NCBI GenBank assembly: GCA_963793265.1
Contig: CAWBZI010000002.1
Span: 352,001-416,000, forward strand
Source of the DNA: an uncultured cyanobacterium
Lineage (GTDB): Bacteria > Cyanobacteriota > Cyanobacteriia > Phormidesmidales > Phormidesmidaceae
Reading direction: 5' to 3'
DNA length: 64,000 nucleotides
Shown: piece by piece, positions 20,815-29,409 of the stretch
How positions within the stretch are numbered: position 1 is the stretch's first letter
Layout of the letters: each line of letters starts with the position of its first letter
Notes under the pieces: generated by a model
The model's database searches: none
Told to the model about the DNA's origin: nothing
The model's input: only the letters and a program-made list of their open reading frames with translations
Program-made: the position numbers and the translations under genes

Positions 20815-22068
20815 ATGGAGCGTTATCAGTCTTACAAGGATAGCGAGGTAAAGTGGCTAGGCAGCGTACCTGAGTCTTGGAACGTTGTTCGGCATAAGGA
20901 AATATTCAAAGAACGAAGCAGCCTAAGTGCTACAGGTAAAGAAACATTGCTTACGGTGTCTCATATTACGGGTGTTACTCGTCGTAGTGAGAAAAACGTC
21001 AATATGTTTATGGCAGAGACGATGGCAGGATACAAAATCTGTCATAAAGGTGATCTCGTCGTAAATACAATGTGGGCGTGGATGGGAGCATTAGGCACTA
21101 GCCAGGAATTGGGTATTTGCAGCCCTGCATATGGTGTATATATGCCATTGAAGGGAGTGCCTTATAATTACAAATACTTTGATTATCTACTTAGAACTCC
21201 GAACGCAGTTGTTGAAATGACTAGAAACTCGAAAGGAATTGTTTCCTCTCGGCTTCGTCTTTATGCGAAGGAGTTTTTTCAGATTCAGGTTGCGCTTCCA
21301 TCTTTGAAAGAACAGACAGCGATCGCACATTACCTAGACACTAAAACCGCCCAGATTGACCGCAAAATTGACCTCCTCACTCAGAAAGCAACCCTATACG
21401 GGAACCTCAAACAGTCACTCATCAACGAAACCGTGACACGCGGGCTTGATAAATCTGTGCCAATGAAGGATAGCGATGTTGAGTGGATTGATAAGATACC
21501 TGAACACTGGCAAGAAAAAAGAATTAAGGACATTTCGTTTCTTCAGAGTGGAAATAATCTCACTTCACAACAAATAGAAGATAGCGGTGAGTATCCTGTT
21601 TACGGCGGCAATGGCTTGAGAGGTTATTTCTCAAAATATACAAATATTGGAAATAACATTCTCATAGGCCGTCAAGGCGCACTATGCGGCAATATAAACT
21701 ATGCTATTGGCAATTTTTGGGCCACTGATCATGCTGTTGTAGTCTACATTAATCGCTCAGTGTATATGAAATGGTATGGCGAAATGCTGAAAGCGATGAA
21801 CCTAAACCAATATTCTGTATCGGCTGCACAACCTGGACTGTCTGTAGAAAGGATAAAAAGGCTACTGCTGCCCGTCCCTCCCTTCGATGAGCAAAAAGCG
21901 ATTGCTAACTATCTAGACACTAAGACATCTCAAATTAATCAGATTATTCAAACCATAAACACTCAAATCGAAAAACTACAAGAACTTCGCAAAACCCTCA
22001 TCAACGATGTCGTCACTGGTAAAATTAGAATAATTGATAATGAGGAATGGAAAATTTGGGAACTTTGA
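20815..22068 (+). CDS. hsdS: Type I R-M specificity subunit S
   Basis: YKDSEVKWLGSVPESW and MKDSDVEWIDKIPEHW; repeated conserved helices EQTAIAHYLDTKTAQID and EQKAIANYLDTKTSQIN; C-terminal LINDVVTGKI. Confidence 0.93.
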   Translation: MERYQSYKDSEVKWLGSVPESWNVVRHKEIFKERSSLSATGKETLLTVSHITGVTRRSEKNVNMFMAETMAGYKICHKGDLVVNTMWAWMGALGTSQELGICSPAYGVYMPLKGVPYNYKYFDYLLRTPNAVVEMTRNSKGIVSSRLRLYAKEFFQIQVALPSLKEQTAIAHYLDTKTAQIDRKIDLLTQKATLYGNLKQSLINETVTRGLDKSVPMKDSDVEWIDKIPEHWQEKRIKDISFLQSGNNLTSQQIEDSGEYPVYGGNGLRGYFSKYTNIGNNILIGRQGALCGNINYAIGNFWATDHAVVVYINRSVYMKWYGEMLKAMNLNQYSVSAAQPGLSVERIKRLLLPVPPFDEQKAIANYLDTKTSQINQIIQTINTQIEKLQELRKTLINDVVTGKIRIIDNEEWKIWEL

Positions 22069-22112
22069 GTTTAACTATCAATTTTCCATTGCCAATTATC
22101 AATTATTCAATT
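22023..22112. repeat. Heptamer-repeat inverted array (hairpin) upstream of the four-helix-bundle gene
   Basis: Left arm AATTAGAATAATTGATAATGAGGAATGGAAAATT (22023-22056); reverse complement of the right arm (22080-22112) is AATTGAATAATTGATAATTGGCAATGGAAAATT. Confidence 0.9.
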
Positions 22113-22463
22113 GTGAAACAAAACATTGTTAAGGAGAAAAGCTTTAGCTTCGCCGTCCGCATCGTCAACTTAAACAAGCACCTAGTTAATAAAAAACGAG
22201 AATTTGTTCTATCAAAACAGCTCCTCCGATCTGGAACAGCCATCGGCGCACTTATCAGAGAATCAGAACACGCAGAAAGCAAAGCCGATTTTATACACAA
22301 ACTATCGATATCGCTCAAAGAAGCAAACGAAACAGACTACTGGATTGACCTACTCTGCCAAACCGGATATCTTACAGAGCAAGAGCACAAAAGCATTAAG
22401 GCTGATGTTTTAGAGCTTTTGAAGTTGCTGATAAGTATCATAAAAACAAGCAAAAATAATTGA
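22113..22463 (+). CDS. Four-helix-bundle protein (TIGR02436 / 23S rRNA IVP-like family)
   Basis: KEKSFSFAVRIV, LSKQLLRSGTAIGALIRE, AESKADFIHKLSISLKEANETDYWIDLL. GTG 22113 gives 116 aa. Confidence 0.9.
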   Translation: MKQNIVKEKSFSFAVRIVNLNKHLVNKKREFVLSKQLLRSGTAIGALIRESEHAESKADFIHKLSISLKEANETDYWIDLLCQTGYLTEQEHKSIKADVLELLKLLISIIKTSKNN

Positions 22464-22544
22464 TAATGGGAAATTGATAATTGATAATGCTATGTACCCT
22501 TAAAAAATCCCCAATTATCCATTACCAATTCTCAATTCTCAATT
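22458..22544. repeat. Heptamer-repeat inverted array (imperfect hairpin) downstream of the four-helix-bundle gene
   Basis: AATTGAT-AATGGGA-AATTGAT-AATTGAT-AATG (22458-22489), then AATTATC-CATTACC-AATTCTC-AATTCTC-AATT (22513-22544). Confidence 0.88.
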
Positions 22545-22547
22545 AAA

Positions 22548-25500
22548 ATGAGCGAGCTACACCTACAAGACAAATTCCTAATCCCATTCTTCCGCGAAGA
22601 ACTTGGCTACCAAGAAGTAAAAGCCAACACCATCGCGGCCAGCTCCCTCATCATCGAAGAAGACCTCCAAGCCTTCATCGCCACCACCACCCTCAACAAA
22701 AAGCCCTACGCCACCCTCCTACGCAAATACAATAACGACCCCCAGCAGCTCTTAGCCGACCTCATCGCCCTCATCCAAGAGCGCATCGCCAGCAGCCGCA
22801 ACATGGCGCTATTCATCAACGCCAACAAATCCGTCACCCTGCAAGGTATTAAGCTCCACCTCTTCTACACCGACGACAGCGTTATCCACAACAGCAGCCT
22901 CTTCGATCAAAACATCTTCTCCGTCGTCCAAGAACTCCCCTACCTCTACAAATACAACCGCAAAAAGATATTCTCCTTTCGCCCCGATATCTCCCTTTTC
23001 GTCAACGGCCTCTACCTCGGCTACAGCGAGCTAAAATCCAACCTCACCAACCAAACCGCAAAGAAAAACGGACGCGGTAAAGTCATCAAAGACTACTTCA
23101 GCGCCGTGCAGGCATACCACGACACCTTCGATCGCAACGACCAGCTCACAGACAAAGAAAAAGACCACTACCGCAAAGACTTCCTCAAAGTATTTGAAAA
23201 AGCCATCCACATCACCACCACCGATCTGGCCGAAACCTACGTTATTCGCACCATCTCTCACTACTTTGACGACGTGCTAGCCACCTGCCGAGAAGGCAAA
23301 TACAACCGCAAAGACTTCACCGACAAAGCCACCGAAGCCTTTAAGCCTTACCCTCTACTCAACCCCACCGCCGCCAAAAAAGACAAGCTCAAGGAGCTAT
23401 TCACGGCCCACTACGGCAAAAGCTTTATCGAAAAAGAAATCCTCTACTACAACTTTATTGAGCGCGACACCCAGCTCATCAGCGGCAAAAAAGAACTCAA
23501 AGACGAAAGGGGCCAGCTCATCGCGCCTCGCCCTAAGCAGAAATTCGGCACTGACAAAATCCTCGCTAAAATCGACGAATTTTTAGATCACGAAACCGAA
23601 GACGATTACTTTATTCATCAGCTAGAACAGCAGCTTGCAGATGTCTCTACAGCCAAGCGCGAAGAACTCATCAACAAGCGCAAAGCCTACGCCAACAATA
23701 AAAACGTCTACTCCCTACTGCTGCAATACGCCGCCGGGTTTGGCAAATCCAACATCATCGGCTGGAGCGCCCTCCAGCTCAAAGATCTGCGTCGTGACGG
23801 CGAGTACGTATACGACAAAATTATGATCGTGGTAGATCGGCTGCAACTGCGCAGCCAAATCGATTCCAAAATGCTCAACATGAATATCGATAACCGGATG
23901 TACGTTGAAGCGCATAATCGAAAGACTTTTTTAGAGGCGATCGCTGCCGACACCCGCCTGGTGATTGTGAACCTGCAAAAGTTCGGCGCGCTCAAAGAAA
24001 TGCTCGACGCCAGCACCCTCAAAAAGCTCGCCAACCTCCGCATCGTCTTTCTTATTGACGAAATCCATCGCTCAAACAGCGGCCAGCAGCATGAGGAAAT
24101 GATCAACATCTTTGATGAGCTGCAAACCCCTTTTGAAAAAGACGCTTACAACCAGGCCCGCACCAAAAAGAACCTGATTGTAGGCTTTACAGCCACGCCT
24201 GACGATCACACGCTGGCCCGCTTTGGCGAATTTAGCGGCTACGCCGAAAGCGAAAAGCTCTGGGTGCCCTTCGACTCATACACCATGAACGAAGCGATTA
24301 AAGATGGCTTTATCCTTAATCCGCTGAAAAATATCGTTCCAGTCGCTTCTAAAATGCTGTTTGATATCCCCAGCAATAACCTAGAAGGATTTGAAGAACC
24401 CAGCTATAAAGACGCCGATAAAAAGCAAATCTATGAACAGCCTGACCGGATTGATGCCATTTCACAATACATCGCCGATCTTTTGGTTAAGGACGTGTAC
24501 CGGCAAATTCGGGGAAACGGTAAGGCCATGCTAGCGGTGTATTCGATTAGGAGTGCGATCGCTTACAAGCAAGCCATCTCCTTCCACTTTAATGCGCTAG
24601 TGCAGCAGCCCAAATACACAAGGTACGCCAGCGCGCCTATTCACGTCGTTTACTCCAGCAGCCAAGACGAGCAAAGCGCTTCTGGGCTCAATGACGGCAT
24701 GAATGAAGAGAAAGTGCTAGAGAACTTTGCCCTCAGCAAAAACGGCTTGATAATTGTGGTCGCCAAACTGCAAACCGGCTTCGATGAAAAAAGGCTGCAC
24801 ACGCTGTTTCTAGACAAAGAGATCAGGAATATCGCCGCGATTCAGGCTATCTCCCGAGTTAACCGCACCACTAAGTACAAAAACGACTGCAAGATCGTCG
24901 ATTTTTCTTACAACAACGTCAATGTTCAAAATCTTAAAGAAGCCTTTGAGCACTTCTCCGACGTGGTTGTCAGCGACTTTGACCCCTTTATCGATCAGCG
25001 AGTTCTAGACATTCTGTTTGTAGAACTTAGAAAATCTGGCGTATACAACGAGTTTTTCAGCCTGTTTTGTACCGTCTTTGATAGCAATGCTAAGAGAAAC
25101 GACCCCGAAAGCCATCTGGATCTAGAAAGCAGCCTGGAAACATACATCAGAGTTCATCCTACCCACACCGCTGATACTAAAGCCAAAGCCGCTCAGTACT
25201 TCACCATACTCAACCGTATTGAATATGTAATCACGTTAGAGGCCAAGTACAGCGACGAAAAACTTTTAGCTTTTCTACGGCTATTTAACAGTATTTATAG
25301 CCGGTTGCACCGTAGCGACGAGACAAAAGACCCCATTGAAGTCTACTTCGATAATCAAATCGGCATTATTGAAGTAGAAACACAAGATCTAGCGCCGAAG
25401 AAAAAGCAAATTACAAAAGTGGCCGAAGCCGCAGCTACTTACTCAGTTCATCAGTTTGATGTGCTTACGGTGCTAGAAGCTCGCAACGCGCACGAAGACC

Positions 25501-25763
25501 TGAAGGGTGAGTTGATTCGTGAGTTCAAATCAAAGATAGACGAGTTCTTTGCCTACATTCGAGGCTCAGATGAGGGCAAACGACTGATAATCAAAATCAA
25601 ATCAAATGTTTCTGAGGAGGAGATATATGAGGACTTCGGCAAAATTTATCGGCGGTACAGCATCTTGAACCGAAGAAAGCTCGGTGACTACTTTTGCAAA
25701 GAGATGGCAGAGCTGGTTAACAAGCTTTGTGATGACTTTGAGTCCACTGTCCGTAACAGCTAG
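22548..25763 (+). CDS. hsdR: Type I R-M restriction subunit R
   Basis: Nuclease motif RPDISLFVNG...SELK; helicase motifs AAGFGKS, DEIHRS, GFTATP, LQTGFD, QAISRVNR. Confidence 0.92.
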   Translation: MSELHLQDKFLIPFFREELGYQEVKANTIAASSLIIEEDLQAFIATTTLNKKPYATLLRKYNNDPQQLLADLIALIQERIASSRNMALFINANKSVTLQGIKLHLFYTDDSVIHNSSLFDQNIFSVVQELPYLYKYNRKKIFSFRPDISLFVNGLYLGYSELKSNLTNQTAKKNGRGKVIKDYFSAVQAYHDTFDRNDQLTDKEKDHYRKDFLKVFEKAIHITTTDLAETYVIRTISHYFDDVLATCREGKYNRKDFTDKATEAFKPYPLLNPTAAKKDKLKELFTAHYGKSFIEKEILYYNFIERDTQLISGKKELKDERGQLIAPRPKQKFGTDKILAKIDEFLDHETEDDYFIHQLEQQLADVSTAKREELINKRKAYANNKNVYSLLLQYAAGFGKSNIIGWSALQLKDLRRDGEYVYDKIMIVVDRLQLRSQIDSKMLNMNIDNRMYVEAHNRKTFLEAIAADTRLVIVNLQKFGALKEMLDASTLKKLANLRIVFLIDEIHRSNSGQQHEEMINIFDELQTPFEKDAYNQARTKKNLIVGFTATPDDHTLARFGEFSGYAESEKLWVPFDSYTMNEAIKDGFILNPLKNIVPVASKMLFDIPSNNLEGFEEPSYKDADKKQIYEQPDRIDAISQYIADLLVKDVYRQIRGNGKAMLAVYSIRSAIAYKQAISFHFNALVQQPKYTRYASAPIHVVYSSSQDEQSASGLNDGMNEEKVLENFALSKNGLIIVVAKLQTGFDEKRLHTLFLDKEIRNIAAIQAISRVNRTTKYKNDCKIVDFSYNNVNVQNLKEAFEHFSDVVVSDFDPFIDQRVLDILFVELRKSGVYNEFFSLFCTVFDSNAKRNDPESHLDLESSLETYIRVHPTHTADTKAKAAQYFTILNRIEYVITLEAKYSDEKLLAFLRLFNSIYSRLHRSDETKDPIEVYFDNQIGIIEVETQDLAPKKKQITKVAEAAATYSVHQFDVLTVLEARNAHEDLKGELIREFKSKIDEFFAYIRGSDEGKRLIIKIKSNVSEEEIYEDFGKIYRRYSILNRRKLGDYFCKEMAELVNKLCDDFESTVRNS

Positions 25764-25770
25764 GCCATAA

Positions 25771-25998
25771 GCAGACAACTTTATGGATGCAATGGGTCAG
25801 CTAGAGGAGAAAATTTCTGGACTAGGCGGCAAAACGGTTGGCTATTGGCCTGCTGATGGGTATAAACATAGCGAGTCTTTGGCTATTAGAGACGGCAAGT
25901 TTTGCGGGCTTGCGCTCGATGATGACAACGAGTCGGATAAGTCGGAGGCGCGGATTCAAGCGTGGACGGCGCAAATTAAGTCTGCGATGAGTCTGTAG
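25771..25998 (+). pseudogene. Flavodoxin C-terminal fragment
   Basis: ADNFMDAMGQLEEKIS...GKTVGYW...GKFCGLALDDDNESDKSEARIQAW. The N-terminal FMN-binding loop is missing and the fragment begins just after the hsdR stop. Confidence 0.85.
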
Positions 25999-26007
25999 TT
26001 TTTTGTA

Positions 26008-26205
26008 GCCATTGCAAATGAAATGGTGATGTTCTTTTCTATCTGCCTATCTACGCTTTTTGTCTATGGTGCAACGACTGGCACAATGACGACTCAAGCG
26101 TTGGACATGTGGATTTTGAATAGTCTGTTCTTTTCTAGCGCGGTGTTTAGCGTCAAGCTGAGAAAAAAGAAGACCAGCTCTCTTAAAGCGGGTGTTTTTT
26201 ATCAA
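26008..26205 (+). pseudogene. Internal fragment of a YwiC-like membrane protein
   Basis: ANEMVMFFSICLSTLFVYGATTG...WILNSLFFSSAVFSVKLRKKKTSSL resembles cyanobacterial YwiC-like proteins from memory; both ends are missing. Confidence 0.5.
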
Positions 26206-27194
26206 GGGATTGCTGCCTCAATAGTCGTGCATTCAGTCACCCTGTATTTGATCACTGGCGTTGCGACTGCGCTGCTACAGGAAGCCTTTGTGCATATCGT
26301 GTTTTGAGTGTCTTGCACGAGTGTTGCTCGGTAGGTAATCGTGCTGTTTATAGAAACTTCTACAGAGAGCGATCGCTCATGCCTCTCATCGGGATCTATC
26401 TCTGACAAAATGCGATAGGCTACCAAACAGTCAAACCACGACCATCCGTGATCAAGTAATAGCTGACGCTCTAGTACCTGAAGCGGAGCGGGCAGCAACC
26501 CCCATCCCCGATACATTGAACGAATCTGATCAACAGAACCGCTGCGCGTGACAATTGCCTGCAATGCCGAGAGCGTCAGGTGACCGTAGTAACGACCATC
26601 TGGCAGTGAAATCGCGGTGGGTGCAAAGCGATGCCCGCCAATGTGGCTGACTTTCCATATGCGGGTGTTGGGCAAGTTGCCTTGCTGGGCGCTTTGGGTG
26701 GCTTCTCTAAAAAAGGGCTGACCAAATTTGGCGCAGCATTTGTCTCTCATACCGTGAGTGCAGACGAGAATATCTTTTTGCGTGATGGGTTTGCCGATGC
26801 GATTGCCCTGCCAATGCGCCTCTAGGCAATCCACCGCCTGAGTCAAGTCATCTAGCTCAAACTCGTGGCCTCGATAAACTGATACCGATTCATAGGAAGC
26901 GCCCTTAGCAAATAGCGATTTAGCAGAGGGCACTGTTTTCTCGTACACCATCAGCGTGAGTGCATTACCTGAAGAAGAGACGCCACGGTTAATCGCGAGG
27001 AACTGAACGGAGCGCACTGCCTTAGTGGCCTTTATGTACTGGCGCAGCTCGGGTGGAATGCACGCTGAGGTAAATACTTTTGCAGCCCAGGGTAAAGGGC
27101 ACTCAATCAGGACGTAGGTTTGATAGTGGCCTGCCGTGCCAATTAGGTCTTCACCGGACCGCCGGTTTGCGATCACACAAAAAGAGGGTTTCAT
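26202..27194 (-). CDS. Sucrase/ferredoxin-like family protein
   Basis: GEDLIGTA, ILVCTHGMRDKCCAKFG, SHIGGHRFAPT, PDGRYYG, YRGWGLL. Confidence 0.9.
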   Translation of the reverse strand: MKPSFCVIANRRSGEDLIGTAGHYQTYVLIECPLPWAAKVFTSACIPPELRQYIKATKAVRSVQFLAINRGVSSSGNALTLMVYEKTVPSAKSLFAKGASYESVSVYRGHEFELDDLTQAVDCLEAHWQGNRIGKPITQKDILVCTHGMRDKCCAKFGQPFFREATQSAQQGNLPNTRIWKVSHIGGHRFAPTAISLPDGRYYGHLTLSALQAIVTRSGSVDQIRSMYRGWGLLPAPLQVLERQLLLDHGWSWFDCLVAYRILSEIDPDERHERSLSVEVSINSTITYRATLVQDTQNTICTKASCSSAVATPVIKYRVTECTTIEAAIP

Positions 27195-27243
27195 GGAAGG
27201 GTCTTATCTGCTGTCCTGAGCTTTTAATGTTTGAATCGTAACT

Positions 27244-27262
27244 ATTGAAAACGCATCTCAAT
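27244..27262. promoter_or_regulatory. Putative Fur box upstream of the sucrase/ferredoxin gene
   Basis: ATTGAAAACGCATCTCAAT, a 19-bp ATTGA-N9-TCAAT palindrome; arms extend to ACTATTGA/TCAATAGT. Confidence 0.6.
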
Positions 27263-27498
27263 AGTATATCTGCTGGTCAGATTTTCCTCTGTATAAATAG
27301 TGTCGTTTTTTATACCTTTAAAAATGAACATCATTGATTAAAAGTAGTGAGCATAGACAGGCTAAAAGCAGTGGAATATGAGCCATACGCTTGATGATTG
27401 CACTGCTGCAAGGCCGTACACCTACTGTCTGCAATTGTTACAGCACTGTAATTTTGCTTGATTTGAACCTAAATCAAGATATGCTAGCGGAGAAATTG

Positions 27499-27517
27499 AT
27501 TGACAATCAGTTTCAAT
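27499..27517. promoter_or_regulatory. Putative Fur box upstream of the phosphatase lipoprotein gene
   Basis: ATTGACAATCAGTTTCAAT, 19 bp, close to the ATTGAnAATnATTnTCAAT Fur-type pattern. Confidence 0.65.
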
Positions 27518-27561
27518 AAGCCTGACTCATTTGTCCATTCAATATTTTTATAGAGGATTCG

Positions 27562-28341
27562 GTGATGACAAAGCGACTAAAAGCAGTAGAGCTATTTTTG
27601 GCAGCCGGGCTCATAGCGGGTATGACGGCTTGCGGCGGAGCCACCACGACAGACGTAGATACGAGTGCTGCCCCAGATGCTACTGAAGTTGCTGAAGGCG
27701 GCGAGGGTGGTGAAGGCGGCGAGGGTGGTGAAGGTGGTGAAGGTAGTGAAGGCGGTGACTACAGCGAAGGCGAGCAGGCTAACGCTGACTTTGAAGACAA
27801 GCTTGAGGGCGCAGAACTGCTGAGTGCCCTGCAAGCAGGTGGCCACGTTATTTACTTTCGTCACGCTCAAACAGAAAGAGACTACGCTGACCAGGCCGAC
27901 CCCAACATGAGCCTGGATGACTGCGAAACCCAGCGCAAGCTCAACGACGTTGGCATAGGGCAAGCTGAGGCAATCGGTGCTGCCTTTACTGAGAAAAACA
28001 TTCCCGTTGGCGACGTCATCACCAGTGAATACTGTCGCGCTTGGGAAACTGCCGACATCGCCTTTGGCACTCACACTAAAAACGCCCAGCTCAACTTCTT
28101 GCCGTTTGAAGACTACACCGATGAGCAAGTTGTAGAGATGCAGGAAAACGTGATGCCTTTACTGACAGCAGTACCGCCTGCTGGTGAGAATACTGTGCTG
28201 GTTGGCCACGACGATATCTTTGAAGCTGCAACAGGTATCTACCCCGATCCGCAAGGTAGAGCTTACGTTCTAACGCCTGATGGTAACGGTAGCTTTACGA
28301 TTCAAGCGAATTTAGATCCTGAAGAATGGGCTGAGCTATAA
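27562..28341 (+). CDS. Histidine-phosphatase-family lipoprotein with (EGG)n linker
   Basis: Lipobox MTAC, GGE repeats (27694-27756), YFRHAQT, SEYCRAWETA, VLVGH. Confidence 0.85.
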   Translation: MMTKRLKAVELFLAAGLIAGMTACGGATTTDVDTSAAPDATEVAEGGEGGEGGEGGEGGEGSEGGDYSEGEQANADFEDKLEGAELLSALQAGGHVIYFRHAQTERDYADQADPNMSLDDCETQRKLNDVGIGQAEAIGAAFTEKNIPVGDVITSEYCRAWETADIAFGTHTKNAQLNFLPFEDYTDEQVVEMQENVMPLLTAVPPAGENTVLVGHDDIFEAATGIYPDPQGRAYVLTPDGNGSFTIQANLDPEEWAEL

Positions 28342-28503
28342 GGGAGCTGCGCTCAAATAAAGTACCGGCAAACCGACAAATATTGCCCTGGGCTTAGCGT
28401 GCTAAGCCCCTACGTCACCGTCAATTTCTGTAGGGGCTTAGCACTGCTATGCCCGAGGCAATGAACAGCGCTATCAGCGGTACTTTATTTAGACGCATGT
28501 CCC
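28342..28503 (+). mobile_element. 162-bp MITE copy 1 with terminal inverted repeats, TAA target duplication and internal REP-like doublet
   Basis: Ends GGGAGCTGCGCTCAAATAAAGTACC and GGTACTTTATTTAGACGCATGTCCC; TAA on both sides (28339-28341, which is the phosphatase stop codon, and 28504-28506); second copy at 33442. Confidence 0.92.
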
Positions 28504-28593
28504 TAAGCTGCCAGACTGAGCACTTTCAGCACGGGCATCTTCTAGAACAAATCTTTCAGAGACGGTTGCTGTATAACGACAATTGATCTCATT

Positions 28594-29409
28594 TTATCCT
28601 CTGTCTCCTGAAATATAAGCGCGGGTAAGTTCGTGCTGAGGAGCCTGAAAGATCTGTTGAACTGTGCCGGTTTCAATCAGTCGGCCCGCGCCTTCTTCTA
28701 CCCAAAAAACAGCCACACGATTGGCCATGCGCCTGGCTTGAGCTAGATTGTGCGTCACCATGATGAGCGTGTAGGCGGGCTTTAAGCTCGCAATTAAATC
28801 TTCTACAACGCCACTAGAGAGCGGGTCGAGTGCGCTGCATGGTTCGTCGAGCAGCAGCACTTGGGGCTGTAAAATGAGCGCACGAGCAATGCATAGTCTC
28901 TGCTGCTGACCGCCAGATAGCGCCAAAGCTGACGTGTGTAGTCGGTCTTTTACTTCTGACCACAGCCCAACTTGCTGAAGAACGGTTTCTGTTCTGTGTG
29001 CGATCGCCTCACGATCCCTCAGCCCGTGCTCTTTCAATGGCAGCGCCAAATTCTTCTGAATAGAAAACGGAAACGGATTGGGCTTTTGAAAAATCAGCCC
29101 CACCTGCCGTCGCAGCGCCAGCAAATCAGCCTTAGCACTCATCGCTTCGATCTTACCAATGCGGATTCGACCCTGCACGCGGCAGTTCGGCAACAGATCG
29201 CTCAGCCGGTTTAGGCTCTGCAATAGGCTGCTTTTACCACAGCCCGACGGCCCCACTAGCGCCATTAACTCACCCGGTAGAACAGATAGATTCACCTCTG
29301 AAAACGCTGTTTTTTTGCCATAGTGTAGCGAGAGCCGCTCAATCTCTATGAGCGGGTCTACCCGCAAATTTGTAACTAATGATGCCAGGGGTGAGTTCTC
29401 AATAATCAT
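28594..29409 (-). CDS. pstB: Phosphate ABC transporter ATPase
   Basis: GPSGCGKS, FQKPNPFP, LSGGQQQRLCIARAL, LLDEPCSALDP, VTHN. Confidence 0.93.
   Translation of the reverse strand: MIIENSPLASLVTNLRVDPLIEIERLSLHYGKKTAFSEVNLSVLPGELMALVGPSGCGKSSLLQSLNRLSDLLPNCRVQGRIRIGKIEAMSAKADLLALRRQVGLIFQKPNPFPFSIQKNLALPLKEHGLRDREAIAHRTETVLQQVGLWSEVKDRLHTSALALSGGQQQRLCIARALILQPQVLLLDEPCSALDPLSSGVVEDLIASLKPAYTLIMVTHNLAQARRMANRVAVFWVEEGAGRLIETGTVQQIFQAPQHELTRAYISGDRG

Noticed and set aside
22047..22112. ATG 22047 as the start of the four-helix-bundle gene
   Set aside because: The extension (NFPLPIINYS) is translated repeat DNA overlapping hsdS; family similarity begins at GTG 22113.
22023..22544. Diversity-generating retroelement, suggested by the Avd-like four-helix-bundle fold
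   Set aside because: No reverse transcriptase and no template/variable repeat pair differing at adenines was seen in the window.
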